Assembly: GCA_013239625.1 (NCBI GenBank)
Contig: MU054187.1
Coordinates: 22,385,280-22,449,279, forward strand
Direction of reading: 5' to 3'
DNA: 64,000 nt
DNA from: Lama guanicoe
Taxonomy: Eukaryota
Below are positions 12,201 through 23,914 of this stretch, in pieces. Positions within the stretch are counted from its first letter, which is position 1; each line of letters opens with the position of its first letter. The position numbers and the translations under genes were made by a program. The notes under the pieces were generated by a model. The model had not been told where the DNA came from. It did no database searches and saw only the letters and a list, made by a program, of their open reading frames with translations.

Positions 12201-13205
12201 TCCCCGAGGCTTTGGAAATTTATGTGCGTAATGCCATCAGTAACAATAAATCATGCTAATTGAATACATTCTGTGTGGCAGTGTGCCAACTCCACCCCCC
12301 ACGTGGGTAGTAGATTTGAAATGAACAGTCAAAAAGCTCTCAGATGCTCCAAAAATGCTTCATTCATTTCTCTAGAATTGAATACAAATTAATCCGTAGG
12401 TCCCTACATCCGCTAATTGAGGAAAAACATAAATTTGCCCAATCAAAGTAATTTCAGACGCTTCTGACTTTAAAAGAGGCAAAGTCAGAATTCAATCTCA
12501 GTGAGTGCAAATTTTCAACCTCCCCCTTGGTCTCGTCTTTAGCCAGTAGTGGCGTAACATTAAGGTGGACCCAACCCCATGCCTGCCTGTGGTGCTCAAA
12601 GTCTCCCACTAGGAAAGTACAGTTTCTTTCATCCCGTCTTCAGTCTCTCAGGTTATCCATTACAGACTTTAACTTTCCTTTTGCAAACTTAAAGATAAGC
12701 AATACTTTTTAATTCTACACTGAATCCTCCATCTCTATATTGATTCTAATGGTGGGAAGCCCAGGACAAGGAGGTTAATCCCAGGATACACCAAGAATAA
12801 AGAACATCTCTGTTAATATTGCACAAGAATTCTTCCATTACTCATACTTATCCTCCTTAGACTTGCCCAAGGTTAAGTGGCTAGTGAGTGAAAAGTCTGG
12901 AATGTTCTGCAGGTGGCACTGACTACAGAGCCTGAGCAATTGCTTCCCTATTATACTGTCACTCAGAGGAACAACAAAAGTGTCGTCCACTATTAACCCC
13001 TCAATTTTCATGTCATTAAGTTCAATGATAAGTTAAGTTCAATGATCTAACAAAAGCCTAGGACACAGAAAATCAAAGAAAAGAGGAGGAGAGAAATATG
13101 CTACCATGTGTTACTCTGAAAGAGAGACCATAGGAAGATGGGAGAATGGGACATCATGGAAACCTTCCTGCCCAGGTGAGGTGCTCTTCAGGAACAGTAT
13201 CCATA

Positions 13206-13700
13206 TGGGGAGACAGATCTCTAGGAGTCTCTCACATCTCTGCCCTAGTGGGCAAAGCCTTTGTCCTAGACAAAGTCTTTTCAAGAACGTTTATAACAAA
13301 CAGCCTTGAAGGATAGAGACAGTGCCTCCCTCTAGAGAAGACAGGCTTGTTTATTGTCAAATATAATAAAGATAATGTCTTCCTCCAGGACAAAAGTTGG
13401 GGAAGTTCGCTTGCAATGCATCAAAAAAGAATAGGGTTTCTTAAGCTTGAGGTTTCTTTAGCAGCCACACGAACTCGTTGCACGTGCAGCGTCTACCTGG
13501 ACCGCTCCACTTCCCCTGTGACTTTGGGAGCAAGGAGAACAGACATGAAGGTGAAGCTTGTGCTGTGGTTTGTGCTGTGAGTGGTCAAGTCCTTTGTCTC
13601 TGATCCGGGAATCTCATGTCCTCTGCCAGCAGCCGTGAAACTGACAGGTTACCTTGTGAGCTTGCAAATAGGATGACATCTCCATCTTCACAGTTCCTGA
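13206..13700 (+). mobile_element. ERV solo LTR (ERVL class; subfamily uncertain)
   Basis: tggggagacagatctctaggagtctc...aaacagccttgaaggatagagacagtgcctccctc...gtcctttgtctctgatccgggaatctcatgtcctctgccagca...cttcacagttcctga; ~500 bp LTR architecture. Confidence 0.7.
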
Positions 13701-13722
13701 TACACATAAAATCCTGTTCTTG

Positions 13723-13971
13723 GCGGGAGTGTGTAGGAAGGGATAGACTGGGGAGGGGTCAAGATTTGCAGATACTGACTGGTATATCTAAAATAAATAA
13801 GTTTATACTGTATAACACAGGGAACTATACTTGATGTCTTGCAGTAGCTCACAGTGAAAAAGAATATGAAGATGAATATATGTATATTCATGTATGACTG
13901 AAGCATGGTGCTGTACACCAGAAATTGACACAACATTGTAAACTGACTTTACCTCAATATAAATAATAATA
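13723..13971 (+). mobile_element. Young LINE-1 3'UTR, 5'-truncated
   Basis: L1 3'UTR motifs ending in ccagaaattgacacaacattgtaaactgac; TSD aaaatc(c/t)tgttcttg at 13708-13722 and 13972-13986. Confidence 0.92.
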
Positions 13972-14006
13972 AAAATCTTGTTCTTGCTTTAATGTAGCAC
14001 ATGCTA

Positions 14007-14181
14007 CAGTTGACCCCTGAACAACTTCAGGGTTAATCCATGTATGACTTATAGTCAGCCCTCTGCACCTGTGGGTTCAACAAACCACGGACAAGGTAGT
14101 ACTGAAGTGTTCACTATTGAAAAATACTCCCATGTAAGTGGACCTACATGGTTTAAACCCATGTTGTTCAAGGGTCACCTG
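14007..14181. mobile_element. Tc1/mariner Tigger2-type MITE
   Basis: Terminal inverted repeats cagttgacccctgaacaac / gttgttcaagggtcacctg flanked by TA at 14005-14006 and 14182-14183. Confidence 0.88.
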
Positions 14182-14304
14182 TAAAAATCCTATTCTGTTT
14201 TGTCCTATTAATAGCTCCCACAGGTCATGAACTGTTTGAGAACAGACAGCTTAAGCTAAGTTGTGTTGTGGTAATGAACAACCTCAACTCCTAGTGACTT
14301 TAAA

Positions 14305-14509
14305 CATTGGAATACTGATAAATATTTAACAACAAGCTCTTCCAGAAATCAAAGTCTTTACTTGTAGTATTTGTTGATTTTCATAATGTAAATACTCCCA
14401 CCTTGGGCAATGTTAAGCTACTAATGTGTATCACCCAGTGCAGAATTGGGAAGAGATGAGTCCAGTCATTTCCAACAAGCCAGTGCAAGCCAACTCCAGC
14501 ACACCACCA
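14305..14509 (-). mobile_element. hAT-Blackjack MER63-like DNA transposon
   Basis: tgtaaatactcccacc...gcagaattgggaagagatg...gccaactccagcacaccac; imperfect 8 bp TSD actttaaa / gctttaca. Confidence 0.75.
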
Positions 14510-14699
14510 GCTTTACAGCAACTGCTTCTTTCTTGTTCACTGTACAAGTTCTTTGTGGTTCAGCTTCAACCCTGCCTAAGGTCATCTTCATTCCAGGATA
14601 CAGGTTGAAAGAGCTGCCCTTGTCTGCAACAGACCAATTTGTTTGTTTGTTTATTTGTTTTTTAGATTCTCAACAGACCAGTTTGTGGTGGAGGATGGG

Positions 14700-14850
14700 T
14701 GTCTATCTTAACAGGAGGAGTGTGTTTCCCAACCCACTGACCTCACACTTGCTCAGGTGATCTGCTTTGGCCAGTGAAATGTACATAGCAGTGACTCACA
14801 TCAAGTCTGAACAGAACCATTAAGAGTTATCCTGTGGTTCTTCCTGTCAA
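14700..14850 (+). mobile_element. MLT1 LTR fragment
   Basis: cttgctcaggtgatctgctttggccagtgaaatgtacatagcagtgac MLT1 motif. Confidence 0.65.
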
Positions 14851-15164
14851 GATAGACCCAGTAAGGCGGGGCGGCAACTATTTTGACACTGATACAATTT
14901 ACAATAAAGCGGATCATGTCTTATTTCTCCCTGACTCCACACCACCCAAGACAATGCTTTGCACGTAGTGCTAGGTTAATGGTAAGACTTTAGCCAGTCT
15001 CATTGGTAGCATTAGAAGGGTAAGCTTAAATGTTTGCTATAAGATCAGCTAATATTGTGATTTGAACTTTGTTTTCCTTTCCCCCAGCCGTTTCCCAGAG
15101 GCTTACACAGACCTCTCTGTGGAATGTAGTATATTTGGTAGTTAAGACGGTTAATGTCTTAGAC

Positions 15165-16975
15165 TCCATATTCACAAAAATTTCTGGAACCCACACTTTG
15201 GGTCAGGCATTGTCTTACTCCTGTAAAGAGACAGCAATATGAAGAAAGCAGAGTTTTGCTCTTATTGAACTTAAAATCTATCAGGACACCTAGAACGAAC
15301 AAACAAACAGACATCTAATATGCCATTCCACGGAAAGTTCTATGAAGAAAAATAAGAAATATCTAACTAACATTCATGAATCCATTTTTATGAACATTTA
15401 TGAACTCACAGCAAGAGTACAAAGGAGGCTCACCTGTGTTGTTTCTGTTTTAATTGGTTCTTAAATCTTCATTTGGCAAAGAATTCGAAATTGCACAGAA
15501 ATCACAACACGCATTACGCTGTGGATTTGAAGAGAATACTTTTCCTGCTTGTTTTTACTGTTTTGATCACTAATTAATTCTTCATTAAATAAAGAGTATG
15601 ATAATGTGTTCTCATGAATTTTATGTGAGTTGTGCTTGACTCTCATTGTTTCCAGTCTTTAAAATTTTAAGCGGTCTGTTTTTTTGGAGATTTTCTATTT
15701 CATTTTTCTTTCCAGGCTTTTTTTTTGTTGTTATTTGGAGGGCTCTATTTTGTATTTTTAAATTTCCATGATGTTTTTAGCTTGTCCTTCTGAAGGATCG
15801 AAAGAATAATACATGTATATGTGTATGTATATGTATACACATTTATATGAAATTGTATTCAGTGTGTTCATAATTTGAATATCTATTTTATCCCCAAATA
15901 TAACCAATAAAAAAATTAAAACTTTTGTTCATGTTTTCAAAAGTGCTTTATTTTTTCTATAATGTTTAGAATTGTCTATTAAAATTAAAGGGCAAAATTC
16001 AACTTGTGATTAATGGACCACAAAAAAGTTTAATTAATATTGTCTAAATAAAGTCAACATTTGAAATGTATTTTTCAAAATTTTAATTAAATCCTACTAA
16101 CTTTTTATCAAAGAAAGAAAATTATTTGCAGCTTTACATTTTATGCCTAATTGCCAATGTAAAGAACTGGTATAAATCTTCACATGTTATGTTAGATCTA
16201 CTTACATACAAATTTGAGAGTACATATAAGTTGTTTAACATTGTACCGCCTGCAATGATTGTTCCGCAACAATTTTTCTGAACCATGAATCAGAACAGAA
16301 AAAGATGCAAGGTGCAACTGGCAAATAGTACTTCATTATACAAGAATTTTTGGTATTCATGCTATCTGAAAGGATTTGAGAAGTTAATTAATTTGCTTTT
16401 TCTCTTAAGGTCTTCCACTGCCTTTGGAAGTCATGTCACTCTCAGACGTTGGTAACAGCACAATCCACAAATATTTACAGCATTTTAAAGACATGGGCAA
16501 ACAATTTCCCTGCAGCCTGAACAGTGTTAGTCGTAAAAGTGGTTGCTTGGGATAGGGCTGTTCTGTGCCAGAAGTGCACCGAGAAATGGCTCCTGCGTGA
16601 CAAAGTTACCCGTGTGTCCTCGAATAAATCTATTTTTGTGCGTTTTTGTAATACGTGGGCATCTCTAAAGCCTGGAACCATGTAGTGCCTTGTAGGCTAT
16701 AGTAAAGAGTTCAGATTTTATTTTGGGTGGAAAATCTTTGGAGAGTTTTGAGCAGGGAAGTGACCTGGTTTTACATCAATTTTAAAATTATTTTTCTGAA
16801 TGCAATGTGAAGCATTGTAGGAGAGCAAAAAATAGAAACAGGGAGACCAGTTTGAAGGTTACTGTGATGGTCCAGTCAGAAATGACGATGGTTTAGACAA
16901 CAGGGATGAAGGTGGTAAAAGGGGTCCAATTCTGGAAATATTTTGAAGGCAAAGTCCAAAGGGTTTGTTGACTCG
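15165..16975 (-). mobile_element. LINE-2 split into two parts (~15165-15360 and ~16675-16975) by an intervening insertion
   Basis: Antisense L2 motifs: caggcattgtct...cttattgaacttaaaatcta, resuming with gccttgtaggctatagtaaagagttcagattttatt...ttttgagcagggaagtgac...ggaaatattttgaaggcaaag. Confidence 0.7.
15405..16675. mobile_element. Probable hAT-Tip100 (Zaphod-like) DNA transposon remnant
   Basis: Starts gcaagagtacaaaggaggctcac, resembling the Zaphod terminal sequence; AT-rich body sitting between the two L2 halves. Confidence 0.4.
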
Positions 16976-17390
16976 TTTGTTGACCTCCACATTTCTAGGA
17001 TTAATTTTGTTCACTTTGAAAGGTAGCCCTCTTTAGAAGTGGATTTCTGTGAAGATTAAACGTGGTCATCTACGTGCAGTAATTCTCAGGACGCCTGGTA
17101 TATAATAAGCATATAATAAATACCAGTCATTGAATTACTTTTAAGATATTATCTGATAAAATTATTTTTCCCAAACATGCTCTTTCATGCCTCTAAATTT
17201 TTGCACATTTATATTTCTATAATTAGGAACCCATTTAATCCTTTTTTATGCCTGTCAAAATCTTCCTATGTATCAAGGTTTTGAAGACCAAAAAACTTTT
17301 CAGTTTCATAAGAATAAAGATAAAATACTGAAAATGGTAGGGGATGGGTTGACACTTGGGGGGGCAGAAGATCTTGCTCGTCACAAGCAC

Positions 17391-17435
17391 AGTACTACTG
17401 AGTACTACTGAGTACTACTGAGTACTGAGTACTAC
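17391..17435. repeat. 10-bp tandem repeat (AGTACTACTG)x3 plus two partial units
   Basis: Directly visible: agtactactg agtactactg agtactactg agtactg agtactac. Confidence 0.95.
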
Positions 17436-19484
17436 ACAATAGTATTTCGTTAGCAATTCATTAAGGATTTTTAAAAAAATTTCATCTGTATGCATGAATA
17501 GACCCATAAAAATAAAAACTAATTTTGTCAAGAGACTAGTAATCATTTTTGCCTAACTGCTTCAGGAAGCTTCTCATCTGTCTGATGGGAAAATATTTTG
17601 CCCTGAACTACAGAGACCTCATATTGAATAGGATTTATATATGATACACACCAATACACTGGAAAATTAGACCTAGACTACATTATCATTATATGTTTTA
17701 CAATTAGTTGGCTTGTAAATAATTCTCCATATTGAAATCCTGAATATATTCTTCCAATATTATAGAGCTAAAGTCGTCTTTTCAAACAGAGGACAAATTA
17801 TAAAGCTCATTAAATTCTAAAACTGGGTCCTCAGTTTTAACAGTTCTATCATTAATTATTCAGTTCGAAGGGGACTGCAAAGTGAAGTTAGTTTATCAAA
17901 GCAATTAAACTGATATGAGCCTCAGAACAATCACCACAATAGTCATTACTGACATCGCCAGAGCTGAAGAAGAGGGAACTTTTTAATCTTTGTGAAAAAT
18001 TCAAAGCAGCTGGCCCTTTTGGATAACAGTTCAATTCTGTTTTGTAAGGAAAATACATGAGTCAGAAAGGCACTCAGTCCCCAGGCAGAAACATCAGAAA
18101 GAATGACCCACGTCATTGAGGGTATAACTCTATCAGCCCATAAGACAGACAGCATCTAAGAGAAGGAAAAAATGCATTTGAAAAGAGTTACCCAGTATGT
18201 ATGGTTGAATCTGTTTTTAAATGATAGCAAGAAATTCTTCTCTGGTAATGAAGAATATTGACTTCAATGTCCCATTGCGCTTAGCTGCATTAAATGCCCC
18301 TCCTTAAACATACACATACCTCGGACGTAACTAACCCCATTAATGCACAATTACTGTTTCATGTTGACTTTTATCTATTTCTTCCACTAGATTGCGAACC
18401 ACTTACTAAAATAAGGAACACTAAGAAGGGCCCTAGTAGGGACGTGAGTGGTTCAGTTCTGATCGTGTTAAGTTTGGGACGCCTGTGAGGTAACAGCCCA
18501 TCTTCCCAAATAGAGCTTCCCAGCCTGGAACACGTGTATGTTCCTTGATTGCCCAACTCCGATCATTTTGTGTAGAAGGTGTTCAGTAAATATCTGTTGA
18601 TCGACTTGGCCGCTAATGAAAATTTCATTACTGGAATTTTAGCACTGATTATTTCATTCCATCCCTTAACAAAATTCACTCTAACTTGCGGCTTTGAAAG
18701 AAAGAGATTGTGTGTAAAGTCACCATATCCTCTTAGAAACTCCAGGCTTGCTTTTGTTAATAGAATGCTGTTTTCATTTTGATTACACTCTCTAAAGAAA
18801 TGCGTATTTCCAGAGAGGCAGTGTTTGCGCTAATAACTGTTGCCCCACTACATGTCGAGAAGAGCTGGGCCAAGTTTGGACTCATTCGAACAATCTTTTA
18901 AGAATGGAAAAGGAAGTCGGGAGGAAGGGAGGCTGACTCAGCCGGAGGCTCTTTGTTAAAGTAAACACGTGCTGTACACTTACTGAGCCACGTGGCTGCT
19001 GTTCAGAAAGCAAAGAACATGGAGAAATTTCAGTTGTTTCCTGAAAATACGCTCATTGACACTCCCCTGAGAGGTTCGATTACGTGTGAGAACTGAGACG
19101 TTTGTTTATGGGGAAGAAAGAGGCAAAGTTGGGGGCTGATTGGGGGAGGAGGCTGGAGAGTCATCTCAGAAGCAGGCTGAAAAGGAGAAAACATCTGTGG
19201 CTCAAGGCTTGTCTAATGGCAACAAGTAGATACATATTCTTCTTACCAGAAGAGCATGGTCACATTTTTTTTCCTCTTAGAAAATTTGCTAAATCAGTTG
19301 ACAACAGAATTTGGGTGTGGATGGGCCGGAAGCTCAGTTCAGTTGTTAACACCCAGTCAGGTTTTCTAAGTATATTTAAAAATGCAGACATTTCATTTCA
19401 GTCAAGGTCTGTCAGGGGACTCACCAGGACTTGGAATGTTGTCCAGGCCCTTGGCCCTTGACCATGTCATCAAGTTCATGGACT

Positions 19485-19712
19485 TATTTATTTATTCAAT
19501 AAATATTGACTGAGAACCTACTAACAGCCAAACATTGTTCTAGGTGTTAAGAACACAACAATGGAAAAAAAAAGATTAATGTTTCTGTTCTAAAGGAATT
19601 TACATCTTACTGCAGGGAGATAGAAGGTAAGCAAGTAATCAAATAAATAAGATTTCCAGATGGAGATAAGTACTATAAAGAAACGAAATGAAGGTTATGC
19701 GATAGAGCGTGA
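19485..19712 (-). mobile_element. LINE-2 3' end
   Basis: ttattcaataaatattgactgagaacctactaacagccaaacattgttctaggtg is the antisense L2 terminus. Confidence 0.82.
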
Positions 19713-20633
19713 CCTTGATATTCAGTAGAATGAAATATTCTCCGAGGTGCCAGGCTGGCATGGCACCACTGGGGTGTGACCCATCAGAGCCCCTGTGGAG
19801 GTCATGGACTTCTCAAAATCCAAGTCTGTGCAGAAGACGACACACTCATCCCTCTTGGGCAATGGCCCTGAAGCCCCTGGACTGGTCCTAGACTCCCTTT
19901 GGCTACAGAAGGCTCTACAGTCCAGAGGCAGGAATGCTGTTCAGTGGCTCTGAGCAACTCTGAAACCACAGGCCTCTTTCAGCAAATGCTGTCGACTGAA
20001 ATAACCACCCACTCCAAGCATGCCCTGGCTGATGGCCTCTTTCTTTTTTCTTGAATGTCATCGGTATCAGATTCCATTTAACCTCGCGCCTCGCCCCCTT
20101 TCTCGACCACCGCACCTGGACTGCCCTGCTTGCTTTCTCTCCACCAAAACAAGCTTGCCTAATCCTCTCGAGAGGATACAACACTAGTTGCAGCTTGGAT
20201 GGAACATGCTGCTGACATGCCCACAATGACGACTCCTTGGCAGAATCTGGCCTTTGTTTTCCCTGTGCCAGCAGCAGGACTTCTGCCAACTGGCCTATTT
20301 TTACAAACACTCCAGCCACGCCTTTTAAATCTTACACTATCTAGACCATCTTGCCAGCTGCGGTTAAGATGTTATGCTTTGACCACTTGGTAGTAAAGGG
20401 TCCTGAATAAGATATCTAAACTCTCAGACTGCTAGCTGGCAGAGAAAAACTCTACCCATCGGTACCGAACATGTCAACTGTCTGAGGGGTATACCCTTGG
20501 GCACAGATGTTCAGACTAAGTGACAGAAGAGTTTGACTCAGTAAGCAGTAGTGGCTACTGGAGCTGGAACATCAGATCCATGCCAAAATGGCTCCGGAGC
20601 AAGGGAGGGGCTCATGTTGAACTGATCTTACTC

Positions 20634-20759
20634 GGTGGGGAGGGTATAGCTCTGTGGCAGAGCGCATGGGTTCAATCCCCAGCACCTCCTCTAAAAATAA
20701 ATAAACCTGATTACCTCCCCCCACCACAATGAAATAATTAAATAATACAATAAAAAGAC
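20634..20759 (+). mobile_element. Camelid SINE (vic-1-like), internally deleted
   Basis: ggggagggtatagctctgtggcagagcgcat|gggttcaatccccagcacctcc...aaacctgattacctcccc; TSD aactga(tc/ag)ttactc at 20620-20633 and 20760-20773. Confidence 0.88.
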
Positions 20760-20845
20760 AACTGAAGTTACTCAGAAACAGAAACTAAGAGCCTCATGAA
20801 AGGAAACTGGCTGCATTAAGGAGAATAAAGACAAAGAGAGAGAGA

Positions 20846-20988
20846 AGCAGATATAGCTCAGTGGTAGAGTGCTTGCCAAGCATGCACAAGGTCCTGGGTT
20901 CAATCCCCAATACTTCCATTATTGAAAAACAAAAAAATTTAAAGCAAACCTAATTACCCCAAAAAATCAGAAAAAAGGAAAATAAAAA
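20846..20988 (+). mobile_element. Camelid SINE (vic-1-like)
   Basis: tatagctcagtggtagagtgcttgccaagcatgcacaaggtcctgggttcaatcccc...aaacctaattacccc plus A-rich tail. Confidence 0.9.
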
Positions 20989-22009
20989 TGCAGCAAAGAG
21001 AAATGGTGCTGGAAAAAGGAGAGAGAGTAGCTTGTCTGAAGGTTTCCTCCCAGCAGTTAGGAAGCCTAGTGGTGCTAGCCGCAGTTGGACTGTGTGAAAT
21101 TCCCATGGTGACTTCAAATAAACTCCCTCTCCACCTGGTCCACTGGAAAATCTTTCTCAGCCCCCCATGTGAATAACTTTGTAGTGGGAATGTACATAAC
21201 TATTCAAGGCAGCTCCTACTTTTTGGTAGAGCAATCTGGCCCCTGGCCGAGTAAATCCTGGGTAGGAATTCCCATGCCACCTTTGCTGCCTCTACCTGGC
21301 CATAGGTATCCGTCTTAGACCACTGGCATTTTGGTACTGATGGGTAGTTTACCTCTGCCAACTAGCAGAGCTAAGTTTAGATATCTTATCCCAAGACCTT
21401 TACTACCAAGTGCTCAAAGCATAGCAACTTATCATCAGAATCTCAGAAAAAGAGTCTGATGGGCTCAACTGAGCTATGGGTTGTTGTGATCTGGATTATG
21501 TCTAGTCAGTTGTGACAAGCCCCTGGGGCTGAGGATCTTAATATTCTGTCTGTAAGCTTGGTCGCCATGGGTATGGTCAGGGGAAAGATCTACTTAGATG
21601 AAGGGCAGGGTGAAAGGCAATGATTAGCATACAGGACCAGCGAAGCTGTAAACTCAAGTCACCACTCGCAACTACCTATGAGGCCACACTTTCTAGGACA
21701 CAGAAATAAAGAATCTGGTGCCTCCAACTTGCATGAACATTTGAATTGCCCAGTGTTGGTACAGAATGTAGTTCTAAATCTGTGCCCTTTCCAAAGGCAA
21801 ATCAGACTGTAGATATGGTGAAGAGAGACATTTTGTAAATCTTGATCTAATAGAATTTGTCTAGCTAAGCAAGAACTTGTGAAGCAGTGGCAAATAAGAA
21901 TGTGAAGAAAAAATAGTTTATGAGGGGCTAGAAAATTCTTCTCTCTAGAATGTTTTTCCTTCTACCATCTTCTTGGCAAAGCCTTACTGATTCTTTAAGA
22001 ACTAGATCA

Positions 22010-22290
22010 ATCACCATTTCTTCGAGGAAGCCTTTTCTAAGATGGTCCACTTCCCTCTTTCAGGCAAAGATTATCAGTCTCTTCTCTGATCAACACTGCG
22101 ACATGCACCTTGTTTCAACCTTGGTCACAGCAGTTCTCACGCTTGGATGCGCTGCTTTGCGACACTGTGTCTGCAATGTGACTTTAAGTCCCCTGAGGGC
22201 AGAAACAGTGTCTGGCTTGACTGTATACTCCTGGCATCCATCTCAGTGCCTGAAACAGAGTTGGTGGTCAAGGAGTGTTGCCTGAATGAG
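22010..22290 (+). mobile_element. LINE-2 3' end
   Basis: ttcttcgaggaagccttttct...cctgagggcagaaacagtgtctg...cagtgcctgaaacagagttgg...tgaatga. Confidence 0.75.
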
Positions 22291-22410
22291 AGAGAGTAAA
22301 GGAAAGTATGTTATTGATCTGGCATAAATGTACAATGAGGAATGTTCCAGATAAGTGAAATTTATACCTTCAGCGATCGAAACTTCTAAAATGTTTTATG
22401 AAGACAAATC

Positions 22411-23328
22411 TTTTTTTTTTTAAATTGAAGTATAGTCAGTTACAATGTGTCAATTTCTGGTGTACTGTATAATGTTTTAGTCGTACACATGTATAATTGT
22501 TTTTATATTCTTTTTCATTATAGATTACTACAAGATATTGAATAGCTCCCTGTGCTATACAGAAGAAAAAAATTTTAAACTATTTTATAAATAGTAGTTA
22601 GTATTTATACATCTGGAACTCCCAATTTATCCCTTCCCACCTCCTTTCCCCCTGGTAACCGTAAGTTTGTTTATTATGTCTGTCAGTCTGTTTCTGAACA
22701 AGCTCATTAGTTTCTTTTTCTTTTCTTGTCTTTTTTTTTATAATCCACATATGAGTGAAATCATGTGGTACTTTTCCTTCTCTTTGTGGCTTACTTCTAC
22801 TTAAAATGACGATCACCAGTTCCATCCATGTTGCTGCTAATGGCATTGTTTTAATCTTTTTCATGGCTGAGTAGTATTCCAGTGTGTGTGCACGTGCACG
22901 TGTGTGTGTGTATACCTCAACTTCTTTATCCAGTCATCTGTAGATGCACATTTAGGTTGTTTCTACGCCTTGGCTATTGTAAATAATACTGCTGTGAACA
23001 TCGGGTTATGTGTATCTTTTCACATTGGAGTTCCCTCCAGATACACCCAGGAGTGGGACTGCTGGATCACATGGTAAGTCTATTTTTAGCTTTTTGAGGA
23101 ATCTCCATACTATTTTCCATAATGACTGCACCAAACTACATTCCCACCAACAGTGTAGGAGGGTTCCCTTTTCCTCACATCATCTCCAGCATTTATAGTT
23201 TGTGGACTTTTGAGTGATGGCCATTCTGACTGGTATGAGTTAATATCTCATTGTAGTTCTGATTTGGATTTCTCTGATAATTAGTGACACTGAGCATTTT
23301 TTCATGTGCCTAGTGGCTGTTTGTATGT
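22411..23328 (-). mobile_element. Young 5'-truncated LINE-1 (ORF2 C-terminus and 3'UTR)
   Basis: Poly-T then L1 3'UTR and ORF2 end (minus-strand ORF contains PLAATWMELVIVILS); TSD tgaagaca(a/g)at at 22399-22409 and 23329-23339. Confidence 0.95.
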
Positions 23329-23914
23329 TGAAGACAGATTGTCTTACAGATTTTTCTGCTTCATTAAACAAGATAAATACTTTCCAATTTATTCAAATTC
23401 CTTTTTATGAATTAATTATACTGTTCTCTAATATGGTCTCAAGAAAGCTTAGTTCAGGCTCCACCTCCACCAGGAAGCCTTCTCCAACCCTATCCCATCA
23501 GACATCACTAGGTACTGTCTTACATGATTCATAGAACCCCTTGTATTCTGCTTACAATGTGTTATGGAAATTACCTGCCTAGTCACATGATTCCACTGCT
23601 TCATATGGTCACACTCTGTTTTCCCCATTAGACAGAGGATGGCTCTGGACTGGAGGCCACGTCATTCATCTTTTCATTGCCAGGACCAAGCAGAGTACAA
23701 TAGATATCCAACAAATGTTAACTGAAATGAATAATATAAAATATAAAGAGGATTTGGAAATGTGTGGCATTGTTGATCTCTACACTAAATTATTCCCAGT
23801 TTTTTCTGTTTTATGGTATTAAAAATTGTTTATATTGCTTTTTTTTCCTTCCCAATTATATCATGTTACTCTATCAGACTAGCCCTCTCTAGAAAGTCAT
23901 CTCTGTCCTTTTTA

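Noticed and set aside
13015..13046. Short tandem duplications here and at ~10120, ~29437, ~33045, ~38265, ~54449 and ~59290
   Set aside because: Ordinary 11-23 bp slippage duplications with unrelated units; no shared motif.
17391..17435. Regularly spaced palindromic repeats as a CRISPR-like array
   Set aside because: No spacers, units of only 7-10 bp, and a mammalian context.
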